In this document: positions 35,843 through 45,057 of the stretch, piece by piece
Position numbering within the stretch: position 1 is the stretch's first letter
Layout: each line of letters opens with the position of its first letter
Assembly: GCA_039922495.1 (NCBI GenBank)
Contig: JBDTEO010000024.1
Location: forward strand, 30,459 to 94,458
DNA length: 64,000 nucleotides
Direction: 5' to 3'
Origin: Candidatus Dormibacter sp.
GTDB taxonomy: Bacteria > Chloroflexota > Dormibacteria > CF-121
Program-made: the position numbers and the translations under genes
Notes under the pieces: generated by a model
Seen by the model: the letters and a program-made list of their open reading frames with translations, nothing else
Told to the model about the DNA's origin: nothing
Databases searched by the model: none

Positions 35843-37530
35843 CCGACTTCGAGACGCTCCAGCCGCACGGCGCTGATCAACAGCCCGAGCGCACCGGCCG
35901 CGACCGCGCCGCCGCCCGAGAGGAGCAACGCCGCCAGCCAGGTGGTTGCCAGCGGCAGCCGAGTCGCGCTGGCGAGCGCGATGGCCACCGCCATCAGCAG
36001 CGCGCTGGCGCCGACCACCACCATAAAGCCCACCATCCCGAGCAGGCCGGCAATCGGGTGGAGCATCCGGCGGACGTCGGTCCAGTCGAAGCGCGCGAAA
36101 ATGGTGCCGATGCCAACCATCAACGTCGTCACGGCGATCGCCTGCACGATTGCCAGGCCGGTCGCCGTGACCGCCCACAACCAGCCTGGATGCACCAGAG
36201 CCTCGGTGACCGCGGCCGCGATCGTCACCGCGGCGACGGTTGGCAGGGCGGTCGACCAGCATTTCGCCTGCAGCATGCGCAGGAAGCTGTTGGGGGAGGC
36301 CGCGTAAATCCAGATGCTCTGGCCCTCGAGGCTGACGGCGGTCAGCCCCAGCGCGCTGCTCAGCGAGAGGAGAAGGATCCAGGATGGAAGGAGGGCCAGC
36401 ATGGCCCCGACCGGGCCCGCGCCCAGCGACTGGACCGAGGCCAGCAGGCGTGACGAGCGAAAGCCAAAGAGGACGAAGAGGAAGATCACGGGCATGGCGA
36501 AGCGCGCCAACTGGGCGATGTCCCGTGTGCGCATCCGCCAGTCCTTGAGGACGATGGCGGAGACCACCGGATGGAGCAGGGGGATGGACCGGCCCGGGCG
36601 CGCGCCCGCCGGCGTGGTTCCGCGGCGTCGTCGTGGCGGGACGGCGGCGATCCACCCGGCGAGGTAGAGGCGGCCGCTCAATCGGGCGCCAAGCGCGAAG
36701 AGGCCGACCGAGAACGCCAACAGGAGCCCCCCCCATTCGATCGCGGACGGCCATTGACCTGTCACGATGGCGCCGGCAAACCGGCCGGCCCAACCGGGCG
36801 GAAGCCAGGGACTCGTCGCCAGCGGCAGATCCGGGAGCGACGGGGCCCCCGGGCGGCGCGCGCGCAGGCCGGGATCTCGCAGCGCCGGGTTGAAGAGGAA
36901 GTTGAGGAGGTTGATGCCAAGCGCGAGCGCCAGGCTCAGCACGGTCACGATCTCCTTCCCCCGGCCAACCGGAATGAAGCGGACAAGGAACAGCGTGGCG
37001 AGCGAGATGATCACCACGGGAAAAACCGGATAGAGAAGGAAGAGCGCGGTGAAGCCGATCAGGATCATCGGATTCCCGGTGCCGATCGACCACACCACCA
37101 GGCTGGGAAGGGTGAACAACAGGCTCAGCAGCAGCAGCCGTAAGAACTGGACCACCATCCGGCCGGCCAGCACCGCTTCCACGGGCCGGGGCGAGGAGAG
37201 CAGCAGGTCGAGATCGGGGTTCAAGAGCAGCGCATTGAGACTGAAGACCAGGCTCGAGAAGACGAGGATGCCGGTGTAGGCGAAGAAGGCGAGGCTGAAG
37301 AGATGCGCGGGGTCGAGTTGAAAGCTGAAGCGGTGCGATGCGCGCAGCGCGAGCACCGTGACGAAGGCCTCCCACGCCCACAACAGCACCAGGATGAGGA
37401 TGCCGAACGCCACCGCCACGAGGCGCCCGGGCTTGCGGCTCCTCAGCGTCTGGTTGACGAACATCGTGAGCTGAGTGCGCCAGAGCAGCAGGCCAAGCCG
37501 GACTCCGCCGCCGAGGTGCCGGCCGCTCAC
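35839..37530 (-). CDS. ABC-2-type transporter permease (polytopic, ~12 TM)
   Basis: 563 aa, highly hydrophobic. ATGA-coupled to the upstream ABC ATPase. Confidence 0.7.
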   Translation of the reverse strand: MSGRHLGGGVRLGLLLWRTQLTMFVNQTLRSRKPGRLVAVAFGILILVLLWAWEAFVTVLALRASHRFSFQLDPAHLFSLAFFAYTGILVFSSLVFSLNALLLNPDLDLLLSSPRPVEAVLAGRMVVQFLRLLLLSLLFTLPSLVVWSIGTGNPMILIGFTALFLLYPVFPVVIISLATLFLVRFIPVGRGKEIVTVLSLALALGINLLNFLFNPALRDPGLRARRPGAPSLPDLPLATSPWLPPGWAGRFAGAIVTGQWPSAIEWGGLLLAFSVGLFALGARLSGRLYLAGWIAAVPPRRRRGTTPAGARPGRSIPLLHPVVSAIVLKDWRMRTRDIAQLARFAMPVIFLFVLFGFRSSRLLASVQSLGAGPVGAMLALLPSWILLLSLSSALGLTAVSLEGQSIWIYAASPNSFLRMLQAKCWSTALPTVAAVTIAAAVTEALVHPGWLWAVTATGLAIVQAIAVTTLMVGIGTIFARFDWTDVRRMLHPIAGLLGMVGFMVVVGASALLMAVAIALASATRLPLATTWLAALLLSGGGAVAAGALGLLISAVRLERLEVG

Positions 37531-38291
37531 CCCTCGAGCCCGCGGAGCACGGCGCTGACATCATCTTCGCGACCGCCGGTCAACTCGAGGAAGATCTGCT
37601 CCAGCGATTCGCCATCCGACCCGACCTGGCGCCGCAAATCCTGGAGGGTGCCGACCGCGATCAGGCGGCCATGGTTGATGATGGCCAGTCGCGTGCACAT
37701 GCGCTCGGCGATCTCGAGAATGTGCGTGGAGAAGAACACGGTCTTGCCCTCGCGGCACACATCCTGAAGGATGTCCTTCATCTGCCGGGCGCTCTGCGGG
37801 TCGAGGCCGACGGTGGGCTCGTCGAGGAAGAGGACCTGGGGATCGTGCAGCAGGGCGGCGGCCAGCGAGATCTTCTGCCGCATCCCGCGCGAGAAACCAG
37901 AAAGGAAGTCGCCTTCCCGGTCGCTCAATTGAAACAGGTGGAGCAGGGCGTCGATGCGCCGGTCGCGGAGACGGGGCTCCACGTGGTACAGATCGCCGGA
38001 GAACTGCAGGAATTCGCGGGCGCTGAGCTTGTCATAGAGGCTGGCGGCGTCCGGAACATAGCCGATCCGGGCCTTAGCCTGCTCCGGTTCGGCCAGGATG
38101 TCGTAGCCCGCCACCCGGGCCGTTCCGGAGGTGGGCCGAAGCAGGCCGACCAGCATCTTGATGGTGGTGGTCTTGCCCGCCCCATTGGGGCCGAGGAAGC
38201 CGAACAGCTCGCCCGGCGACACCTCCAGGTCGAGATCTTCGACGGCTGTCAGGGCCCCGTACCGCTTGGTCAGCAGGCGGGCGGACAGCAC
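37527..38291 (-). CDS. ABC transporter ATP-binding protein
   Basis: Walker A GPNGAGKTT, signature LSGFSRGMRQK, Walker B LFLDEPTVGLD. Confidence 0.92.
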   Translation of the reverse strand: MLSARLLTKRYGALTAVEDLDLEVSPGELFGFLGPNGAGKTTTIKMLVGLLRPTSGTARVAGYDILAEPEQAKARIGYVPDAASLYDKLSAREFLQFSGDLYHVEPRLRDRRIDALLHLFQLSDREGDFLSGFSRGMRQKISLAAALLHDPQVLFLDEPTVGLDPQSARQMKDILQDVCREGKTVFFSTHILEIAERMCTRLAIINHGRLIAVGTLQDLRRQVGSDGESLEQIFLELTGGREDDVSAVLRGLEG

Positions 38292-38455
38292 CGCCTCAGT
38301 CTACCGGCGGCCGCCGCCGAACTGGCCGAAAACCGGCGCGCCGGCCGAATTGGGCCGCAATACGAATCGGCGGGCCGTCCCCGACAGGTTTTCGGCCGTT
38401 ACATCGTTGTTGCTGTCGAGGATCAGACCGTGCCATAACGGCACCGGCACCGAAG

Positions 38456-39955
38456 ATGGAGGACGAACCACTAGAGGGCGAACTCGCTCCGCTGACCGGC
38501 AGCGCGGAATTCACGCGCATGGTGGATCGGTTCCAGGCCTCTACCTCCCTCAAGCTCCAGGTTTTCGACCTGGATGCCCATCCGCTGACCCCGGTCGAGG
38601 TGTATCCGCGCTACTGCCGGCTTCTGCAGGAGCGCAAGGCGTGCCCGCTCTACTTTGATCCGGCCTACCTGCGCCGCAACGAGGAGACGATCGCGGTCTG
38701 CCACTCCGGGGTGGGCCACCTGCTCGCCCCGATCCGCAACGAGAAGCAGGTCCAGATCGGCGCCGTCCTCAGCCCGGCCGTGAAATTCGCCCCGAACTCG
38801 GTCGAGGAGCTCGCCCAGCTGGCCTTCCAGCTCAAGATCTTTCCCGACGAGCTGATCCAGGCCGCCGATGCCGTCCCGGAGCATGAGCCGGAAAAGCTCC
38901 TCGGCGCCGCCGAGCTGGTCGCCGTGGGCCTCAACCTGCTTGCCGAAATGCAGGCCAAAGAGCGGGTCTCGCATGCGCTCCGCCGGCTCCAGTCACAAAT
39001 CGCCGAGTCGAACGCCCAGACGCTCTGCCAGCACCTGGTGGAGGCCGTCATCTACTTAACCCGCGCTGACTACGCGCTGGTGTTGCTGATGGATGACAAT
39101 GGATCCGACCTGGCATCGGGCTTCGAGCAGCCGGACCCCGACCAGTTGATCGCCCCCAAACGTCGCCTGCTGGACGGGATCGCGGAGTGGGTCAAGCATG
39201 CCGATCGCCCGGTGACCGTGCCCGATATTTCGAAGAGCGCCTGGTCCCGCTACCTGACTGACGAGGCCGTGACCGTCGGAAGCCTGGTCGGGTTGCCGAT
39301 TCCAACCCAGGACGGCCGGACGACCTTTGGCGCGATCGTGGTCGGCTACGATCGGCCCCGCGACGATCTCGAGGAACCGATGAGCGCGCTCTCGAGCCTG
39401 CTCGCCGAGGGTCTGTACGCGATCGTGATGGGACGCAAGCTGATCCAGGCCGAGCAATCGGCGTTGCTCGATCCGCAGTCGGGGGCCTACAGTGGCCGGT
39501 TCCTGGATGAGCTGCTCGATCGGGAGATCAGCCGGGCCTCGCGCTTCAGCCATAACCTCGCAGTCGCGCTCATCGAGATCGACGGTTACGAAATCCTGCG
39601 TGGCAAGCACGGGGAAGCCGGCCTGGGACGGATCCTGCGCGAGTTCGTCGCCGTGATCCGAGCCAAGACCCGGCGCGTGAACACCGTGGCACGGATTCAG
39701 GACGGGCAGTTCTGCCTCCTGATCCCGGAGGGAGACCGGGCGATCGCGGTTCGCCTGGCCGACCAACTCCGGGTTGCCCTCGAAGAGCATCCGTACGCCC
39801 CGAGCCAGGGGGCCGAGATCGTCCGGCTCGCCGTCAATACGGGCGTCGGAGCGTCGGAGGGCGGAAAGGACGACCGGACCGCATTAATGGCGCAGGCGAG
39901 GCAGGGCCTGGAGCAGTCCCGCAACGAGCGTCGTATCAGCGGCTTCAAGGCCTGA
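38456..39955 (+). CDS. Diguanylate cyclase (GGDEF) with N-terminal sensory domains
   Basis: C-terminal GGDEF fold (...ARIQDGQFCLLIPEGD...). N-terminal PocR/GAF-like region. Confidence 0.85.
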   Translation: MEDEPLEGELAPLTGSAEFTRMVDRFQASTSLKLQVFDLDAHPLTPVEVYPRYCRLLQERKACPLYFDPAYLRRNEETIAVCHSGVGHLLAPIRNEKQVQIGAVLSPAVKFAPNSVEELAQLAFQLKIFPDELIQAADAVPEHEPEKLLGAAELVAVGLNLLAEMQAKERVSHALRRLQSQIAESNAQTLCQHLVEAVIYLTRADYALVLLMDDNGSDLASGFEQPDPDQLIAPKRRLLDGIAEWVKHADRPVTVPDISKSAWSRYLTDEAVTVGSLVGLPIPTQDGRTTFGAIVVGYDRPRDDLEEPMSALSSLLAEGLYAIVMGRKLIQAEQSALLDPQSGAYSGRFLDELLDREISRASRFSHNLAVALIEIDGYEILRGKHGEAGLGRILREFVAVIRAKTRRVNTVARIQDGQFCLLIPEGDRAIAVRLADQLRVALEEHPYAPSQGAEIVRLAVNTGVGASEGGKDDRTALMAQARQGLEQSRNERRISGFKA

Positions 39956-40007
39956 CCGATCTCGGGTGCCGGCCCGATAGTCCCCGGACGGCGCGGCAGC
40001 CAGCATA

Positions 40008-40925
40008 GTGGATGGTGTGAAAGTTGTGATCGCGGGCGGGACCGGTTTTATTGGCCGCCACCTCTCGGCCAACCTGGTCACCCACGGGCATGAGGTGATC
40101 GTCCTCAGTCGCGGCGGTGACCAGGCGCGGGCCGAGCCAGGCGTGCGGCTGGTGGCGTGGGACGCCCGGTCCACCTCGGGCGGATGGACGGATCAGCTGC
40201 GCGGAGCGGACGGGATCGTCAACCTTGCCGGCGCCAGCATCGGTTCGGGACGCTGGACCAAACGCCGGATGGCGGAGATTTTGACCAGCCGGCTGACGGC
40301 CACCGGCGCCATCGTCGAGGCGCTTGCGCAAACGCCCGCGGAGCGACCTCGCGTCCTCGTCAGCGCCTCCGGCATCGACTATTACGGCGACCGCGGCGAG
40401 GAAACCATCACCGAGGAGAGCGCGCCAGGCGGGTCATTTCTGGCCCGCGTGAGCCAGCAGTGGGAAGCGGCGGCGCGTCAGGCGGAACCGCTCGGGGTCC
40501 GGGTGGTGCTGCTGCGCACCGCGCTCGTCTTCGGTCGTGGCGCCCCGGCGTTCCGCCTGATGGTGCTGCCCTTCCGCCTCTTTGCCGGCGGTCCCCTCGG
40601 TCACGGGCGGCAATGGTTTACCTGGATCCACCTCGACGACCTGGTGGCGCTCTACCGCTTCGCCCTCGAGCACGACGCCGTCAAGGGACCGCTCAACGCG
40701 GTCGCCCCGGATCTCCGGCGGCAGCGGGAGGTCGCCCGCGAAATCGGGCGCGCCCTGCACCGGCCGTCGATCATGCCGGCCCCCGCCCCGCTGCTCAACC
40801 TCGCCCTTGGCCACCAGTCGGATTTGCTACTGCACGGCCGTCGGGCCACCCCGCAGAAGGCGGAACGCCTCGGGTACGCCTTCCGGTTCCCCGACCTCCC
40901 CGCGGCCCTAGCCAGCACGCTCTAG
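40008..40925 (+). CDS. TIGR01777-family NAD-dependent epimerase/dehydratase-like protein (YfcH-like)
   Basis: VVIAGGTGFIGRHL Rossmann motif. DUF1731-like C-terminus. Confidence 0.8.
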   Translation: MDGVKVVIAGGTGFIGRHLSANLVTHGHEVIVLSRGGDQARAEPGVRLVAWDARSTSGGWTDQLRGADGIVNLAGASIGSGRWTKRRMAEILTSRLTATGAIVEALAQTPAERPRVLVSASGIDYYGDRGEETITEESAPGGSFLARVSQQWEAAARQAEPLGVRVVLLRTALVFGRGAPAFRLMVLPFRLFAGGPLGHGRQWFTWIHLDDLVALYRFALEHDAVKGPLNAVAPDLRRQREVAREIGRALHRPSIMPAPAPLLNLALGHQSDLLLHGRRATPQKAERLGYAFRFPDLPAALASTL

Positions 40926-40969
40926 CGCCCGCGCAACCCCGGGTCCCGGGTAGTCGGCCGGCCGTGTAG

Positions 40970-41010
40970 TTTCGTCTTGACAAATACACGGATTAGTGGC
41001 ATAGTAAGCG
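40970..41010 (+). promoter_or_regulatory. AT-rich sigma70-like promoter (TTGACA-N17-CATAGT/TAGTAA) upstream of the 41047 operon
   Basis: ttgacaaatacacggattagtggcatagtaag is a conspicuous AT-rich island in a GC-rich intergenic region, with a consensus -35 and a plausible -10. Confidence 0.4.
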
Positions 41011-41046
41011 GCGTTGCCGCCAGTCGCGTCCGCCCAGGAGTGCCAG

Positions 41047-41412
41047 ATGCCCGCACTGTGGAAGACCGTCTTGATCGGAGGTGAGGTCACCGTGCTGGCC
41101 GCGTTCACCGGCGTCGGCCTCCATCTCGCGCTCCAGCCGCACCGTCCCTCGCTGCGTCCCCCCACCCCGATCCTGATCCCGGTCGGCTCCCCGCCGGAGG
41201 CGGCCGCGCCGCGAGCAACCGTGACGGCCACGCCGGCGACCCCGTCGGCCGCGCCCCGGCCCACCGGCGTCAGCGCCGACTGGGTCGACCGCCTGGGCCA
41301 CGCGGATCGCAATCTGCTGGCGAGCCAATGGGACATCCTCGAGCGGCTCATCGGCGGGATGGAGCGCTACCTCCGCGAGCGGGTGGTCCCGCAGATGGAG
41401 CACCGTCGCTGA
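41047..41412 (+). CDS. Membrane-anchored protein with Pro/Ala/Thr-rich linker (121 aa)
   Basis: N-terminal TM (VLIGGEVTVLAAFTGVGLHLAL), PT-rich spacer, small C-terminal domain. TGATG overlap with the next gene. Confidence 0.45.
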   Translation: MPALWKTVLIGGEVTVLAAFTGVGLHLALQPHRPSLRPPTPILIPVGSPPEAAAPRATVTATPATPSAAPRPTGVSADWVDRLGHADRNLLASQWDILERLIGGMERYLRERVVPQMEHRR

Positions 41413-41642
41413 TGGACCAGCTGAAGCATCTGATCGAGGTCTGGACCGGCTACGCCCAGGGGCTGACCGGCAGCATCGGCGCGCTGGCCTTCGTTATGGC
41501 CTTCATCTGGAAAATGATCGCGATCGAACCTCGTAGCGTCATGGAGGCGAAACGATGGATCGGCCGAATCGTCTTCGGCACCATCGGCGTCGAGATGGCA
41601 GGGCTGCTGGTCCATGTCCTGGTGGACTCGGTCAATCGCTAG
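41412..41642 (+). CDS. Small two-TM protein (76 aa): VirB2/TrbC-pilin-like or holin-like
   Basis: MDQLKHLIEVWTGYAQGLTGSIGALAFVMAFIWKMIA...IVFGTIGVEMAGLLVHVLV has two hydrophobic helices separated by a short charged loop. Confidence 0.35.
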   Translation: MDQLKHLIEVWTGYAQGLTGSIGALAFVMAFIWKMIAIEPRSVMEAKRWIGRIVFGTIGVEMAGLLVHVLVDSVNR

Positions 41643-41669
41643 TGTGGTCGCCCCGCCGCGCCGGCTTGA

Positions 41670-42536
41670 GTGCTAGAGATTTTTTCCGGGCTGGTGACCG
41701 GATTCTTCAACAACCTCATCAACGACGTGTCGGGATCGGTGTCCGGGACGGTCGAGAGCTACCTGCTGAGCACCCACGATGTGTCGACCTTCTCGGCGCG
41801 CCCGCTGACCGACGATCCCGCGATCCAGGCGATGTTCCATCTCACGCTGGCCCTTGCCGACCTGCTGCTGGTTCTCGTGTTCACCTATGCCTTTCTCCGA
41901 AGTCAGTGGGAACGCAGCTTCCGCGCCCATTACACCCTCAAGGTGATCCTCCCCCGAACCATGGCTGCGATTGCGATCGGCCATTTCGCGCTGCTCTTCG
42001 GGCAGATGGCGATCGACCTGAACAACGCGTTGGTGCACGCCGTCTGGACGCAGCCGTTTCCCGGCGGTCCCACGCGCTTGCCCTGGGCGACCGCGCTGGC
42101 AACCGGCTTTGGCCTTCCCCTGTTTCAGATCATCGTGCGGCTCGCGATCGTCGTGATGCTCGTCATCGTGGCGCTGACCTACGTCGTGCGCTTTGCGCTC
42201 CTCTCCGTGTTGCTGGCGATCGCGCCGCTCGCCGCGTTGTGCATGATCCTGCCGGACACGAAGCGCTATGCACAGTCGTGGCTGCGCATCTTTTTATTGA
42301 CCGTCTTCATGCAGTTTGCGCAGGTCCTGGTGCTTCGGTTTGCCAGCCTGTTTGCCAGCGAGCTCAACGGTAGTCCGATCGAGGCCTTGTACGGGCTGGC
42401 CGTCCTGTATCTGCTGATCAAGGTGCCCGGCCTGATGAATGCCTCCGCCCACCTCGAGTCGAAGGCCGAGCACTTCACCGAGAGCCTCGCCAAGAAGGCG
42501 GTCAAAGGCGCGATGGCGGCGAAGGCGGGAGCGTGA
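41670..42536 (+). CDS. Polytopic membrane protein, VirB6/TrbL-like (5-6 TM)
   Basis: 288 aa. Alternating long hydrophobic helices with a C-terminal amphipathic tail. Architecture is reminiscent of T4SS VirB6/TrbL. No sequence motif is decisive. Confidence 0.4.
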   Translation: MLEIFSGLVTGFFNNLINDVSGSVSGTVESYLLSTHDVSTFSARPLTDDPAIQAMFHLTLALADLLLVLVFTYAFLRSQWERSFRAHYTLKVILPRTMAAIAIGHFALLFGQMAIDLNNALVHAVWTQPFPGGPTRLPWATALATGFGLPLFQIIVRLAIVVMLVIVALTYVVRFALLSVLLAIAPLAALCMILPDTKRYAQSWLRIFLLTVFMQFAQVLVLRFASLFASELNGSPIEALYGLAVLYLLIKVPGLMNASAHLESKAEHFTESLAKKAVKGAMAAKAGA

Positions 42537-43093
42537 CCCCGTTCCTGGCCGGCCGCTTCGGCTTGCTGGCCTGGTCCTGGCGGCGGGGACTGCTGGGGCT
42601 TGGCGCGGCCTGCGTCATGGTGCCGGTGCTGATGGCGGCGATGGTGGTTCAGGCGCAGGGTGGACACCCAGCCGGCCTCGCGGTTCCAGTCCGGCACGCC
42701 GTGTTGACGCAGCTCTTCGGATGTACCGCGCTCGAGCTCGAACCCTGGTCGCAGGCCTGTGCGACACACCATTTTCACAGTGGGGTGGACCTGGCCGCGC
42801 CGCTCGACACGCCCGTCTACGCAGCCTCCGGCGGCACCGTGCTGGTCGACCGACAACGGGGCGGCTATGGCCTCTACATGATCGTCAGCCGCGACCCCCA
42901 GCTCAGCACGCTCTATGGACACGTGGACATGCCGCTGGTCCAGACCGGGGAGCGGGTCACCGCCGGACAGCTGATCGCGCTCATGGGATCGACCGGCAAC
43001 AGTACCGGGCCGCACCTGCATTTCGAGGTGCGCATCGCAGGCGTGCCGGTCGATCCGCTCCCGCTCCTCAGCGGCGCTCTGACGGGGAGGTGA
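42533..43093 (+). CDS. M23-family (LytM) peptidoglycan endopeptidase, secreted/anchored
   Basis: HSGVDLAAPLDTPVYAA...GYGLYMIVSRD...TLYGHV...GSTGNSTGPHLHFEVR is the M23 HxxxD / HxH zinc motif set. N-terminal signal/TM. ATGA-type overlap with the upstream gene. Confidence 0.85.
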   Translation: MTPFLAGRFGLLAWSWRRGLLGLGAACVMVPVLMAAMVVQAQGGHPAGLAVPVRHAVLTQLFGCTALELEPWSQACATHHFHSGVDLAAPLDTPVYAASGGTVLVDRQRGGYGLYMIVSRDPQLSTLYGHVDMPLVQTGERVTAGQLIALMGSTGNSTGPHLHFEVRIAGVPVDPLPLLSGALTGR

Positions 43094-43152
43094 TCGCCAA
43101 GCAGAATCTGGCGGCGTGGTCCATCAATCCAAGCACCTGCGGAGGGAGTCCT

Positions 43153-43530
43153 ATGGTCAATCGCGTCACGCTCGTCGGTCGCCTCACCCGCGACCCCGAG
43201 ATGGTCACCAGCCCGAAGGGGCTGGCCATTGCCAAGCTGCGGCTTGCCACCACCACCCATGGAAAGGACGACGAGGGCGCACGAGTCGAAGACGTCCAGT
43301 ACCACTCGCTGGTCGCGTTCGGGCGGCTGGCGGAGATCTGCCAGGAATACCTCACGCGGGGCAAGTTGATCTACGCGGAGGGAAAGTTGCGCAGCCATGA
43401 GTGGGATGGCAAAGACGGCTTGCGCCGCTACACCACGGAGGTGATCGTCGACGTCATGCAGATGCTGAGTCCAAAGAGTGAGGCCGCTCCCGAAGCGGCC
43501 CGTCCGCTGGCGGAAGCGGTCGGGGCGTAG
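43153..43530 (+). CDS. ssb: Single-stranded DNA-binding protein (short form, no acidic tail)
   Basis: OB-fold SSB N-terminus MVNRVTLVGRLTRDPEM...YHSLVAFGRLAEICQEYLTKGKLIYAEGKLRSHEW. GGAGGGAG SD upstream. Ends ...AEAVGA without the Gly-rich linker or DDDIPF tail. Confidence 0.85.
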   Translation: MVNRVTLVGRLTRDPEMVTSPKGLAIAKLRLATTTHGKDDEGARVEDVQYHSLVAFGRLAEICQEYLTRGKLIYAEGKLRSHEWDGKDGLRRYTTEVIVDVMQMLSPKSEAAPEAARPLAEAVGA

Positions 43531-43540
43531 GGCAAGCATC

Positions 43541-43675
43541 ATGGTCAGCCCGACGACCCTGTACGACGAGTACGACCCCGATGCCTTCGACGAAACCAGC
43601 GAGGAGTTGGCCTATCGCCTGCCCGGCAGCTACATCTCCCCGGAGATCGACCTCGACGACCCGATGGCGCGCTGA
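43541..43675 (+). CDS. Small acidic peptide (44 aa)
   Basis: MVSPTTLYDEYDPDAFDETSEELAYRLPGSYISPEIDLDDPMAR. Follows ssb 10 nt later. Highly acidic. Confidence 0.3.
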   Translation: MVSPTTLYDEYDPDAFDETSEELAYRLPGSYISPEIDLDDPMAR

Positions 43676-43749
43676 GCAGCGCGAACATGACCCGGGGGGC
43701 GCCGCACGGCGCCCTCCAAATTCGGTGAATGCGATTAACCTTGCTGGCG

Positions 43750-44847
43750 ATGGCCCTTGGTGTCGGCATGGTTGGACCGCCAAACGTCGGGAAATCCACG
43801 CTCTTCAATGCGCTGACCCGGGCGGGGGTTGGCGTCGCCTCCTACGCGTTCAGCACCATCGAACCGAACACGGCCATCGTTGAGGTCCCCGATGCGCGGT
43901 TGGACGTCCTGGCGCGGATGTACAAGCCGAAAAAGGTGACACCGACGGTGATGAAGTTCGTCGACGTCGCGGGATTGGTGGCGGGGGCCAGTCGCGGCGA
44001 GGGCATGGGCAATCAGTTTCTGTCGAACATCCGCGAGCTCGATGCGCTGGCCATGGTGGTGCGCTGTTTTCGAGACTCGAACGTGCCGCATGTCACCGAC
44101 CACCTGGATCCGAAGGCCGACATGGCGATGGTGAACCTCGAGCTGGCGCTGGCCGACCTCGAGGTGGTCAACAAGCGACGCGAGAAGATCGGCAGCAGCG
44201 CCCGTCTCAAGCCGGGAGCCAGGGAACAGGAGGAACTCCAGATGCTCGATCGGATCGCCGCCCACCTCGACCAGGGGAAGCCGATCCGGACCATGGCGTT
44301 CGAGGCGGAGGAGGCAAAACTCCTAAAAAGCTACGCCTTCCTCACCGCCAAGCCCGTCGTCTACGTCGCCAATGTCGCCGAGAACCAGATCGGCGTCGAC
44401 ACTCCCGAGTTACGCGCGGTCATCGAGGAAGCCGAGGCCGAGCACGCGGGGTGGATCGCGCTCTCCGCGAAGCTCGAGTCGGACGTGCGCGAACTGTCCG
44501 ACGAGGAAGCTGCCGCCTTCCTGCAGGACGCCGGCCTGACCGAACCGGCGCTCAACGCCTTCATCGCGGCCGCCTACAAACTGCTCAACCTCCTCACTTT
44601 CCTGACCGCCGGCGAGCCGGAAGTCCGGGCCTGGACGGTCCGACAGGGAGCCAAAGCGCCGGAGGCGGCGGGCGTGATCCACAGCGACTTCGAGCGCGGC
44701 TTCATCAAGGCCGAGATCGTCTCCTACGAGGACCTGGTCGAGGCCGGCGCCTTTGCCGCCGCGCGCGAGCGGGGCACGGTGCGCCTCGAGGGTCGGGACT
44801 ACCTGATGAAGGACGGCGACGTCTGCCTTTTCCGTTTCAACGTCTGA
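43750..44847 (+). CDS. ychF: Ribosome-binding ATPase YchF (Obg-like GTPase family)
   Basis: MALGVGMVGPPNVGKSTLFNALT...; G-motifs and C-terminal TGS domain. Track start 43729 slightly over-extended. Confidence 0.95.
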   Translation: MALGVGMVGPPNVGKSTLFNALTRAGVGVASYAFSTIEPNTAIVEVPDARLDVLARMYKPKKVTPTVMKFVDVAGLVAGASRGEGMGNQFLSNIRELDALAMVVRCFRDSNVPHVTDHLDPKADMAMVNLELALADLEVVNKRREKIGSSARLKPGAREQEELQMLDRIAAHLDQGKPIRTMAFEAEEAKLLKSYAFLTAKPVVYVANVAENQIGVDTPELRAVIEEAEAEHAGWIALSAKLESDVRELSDEEAAAFLQDAGLTEPALNAFIAAAYKLLNLLTFLTAGEPEVRAWTVRQGAKAPEAAGVIHSDFERGFIKAEIVSYEDLVEAGAFAAARERGTVRLEGRDYLMKDGDVCLFRFNV

Positions 44848-44941
44848 GCCGGTTCCCTGGGGAGAAAAACAACAAGGACCAGATGAGGAGGGGCATTGCA
44901 GCGGCGATGGCAGGACGGCTGCAGGAATCTGGCCCTTGTTG

Positions 44942-44986
44942 GCTCGCGGCGTAGGGTACGCTATATCTTGTACCCGCGAGGATTTT
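44942..44986 (+). terminator. Rho-independent terminator-like two-tier hairpin plus T5 tract after ychF
   Basis: CTCGCGG..GGGTAC-(loop)-GTACCC-GCGAG followed by GATTTTTAAC. Confidence 0.5.
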
Positions 44987-45057
44987 TAACACAGCCCGTT
45001 GGATGTGTCAAGCGCTTATCCACTTTCGCGGTAAACTCCACACCGCGAATTCGGTCC

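Noticed and set aside
34820-37564. 914-aa minus-strand ORF, the longest in the track
   Set aside because: Pro/Arg/Gly-rich low-complexity translation with no domain. It is antisense/out-of-frame to the real ABC permease and ATPase genes that occupy the same DNA. Typical high-GC artifact.
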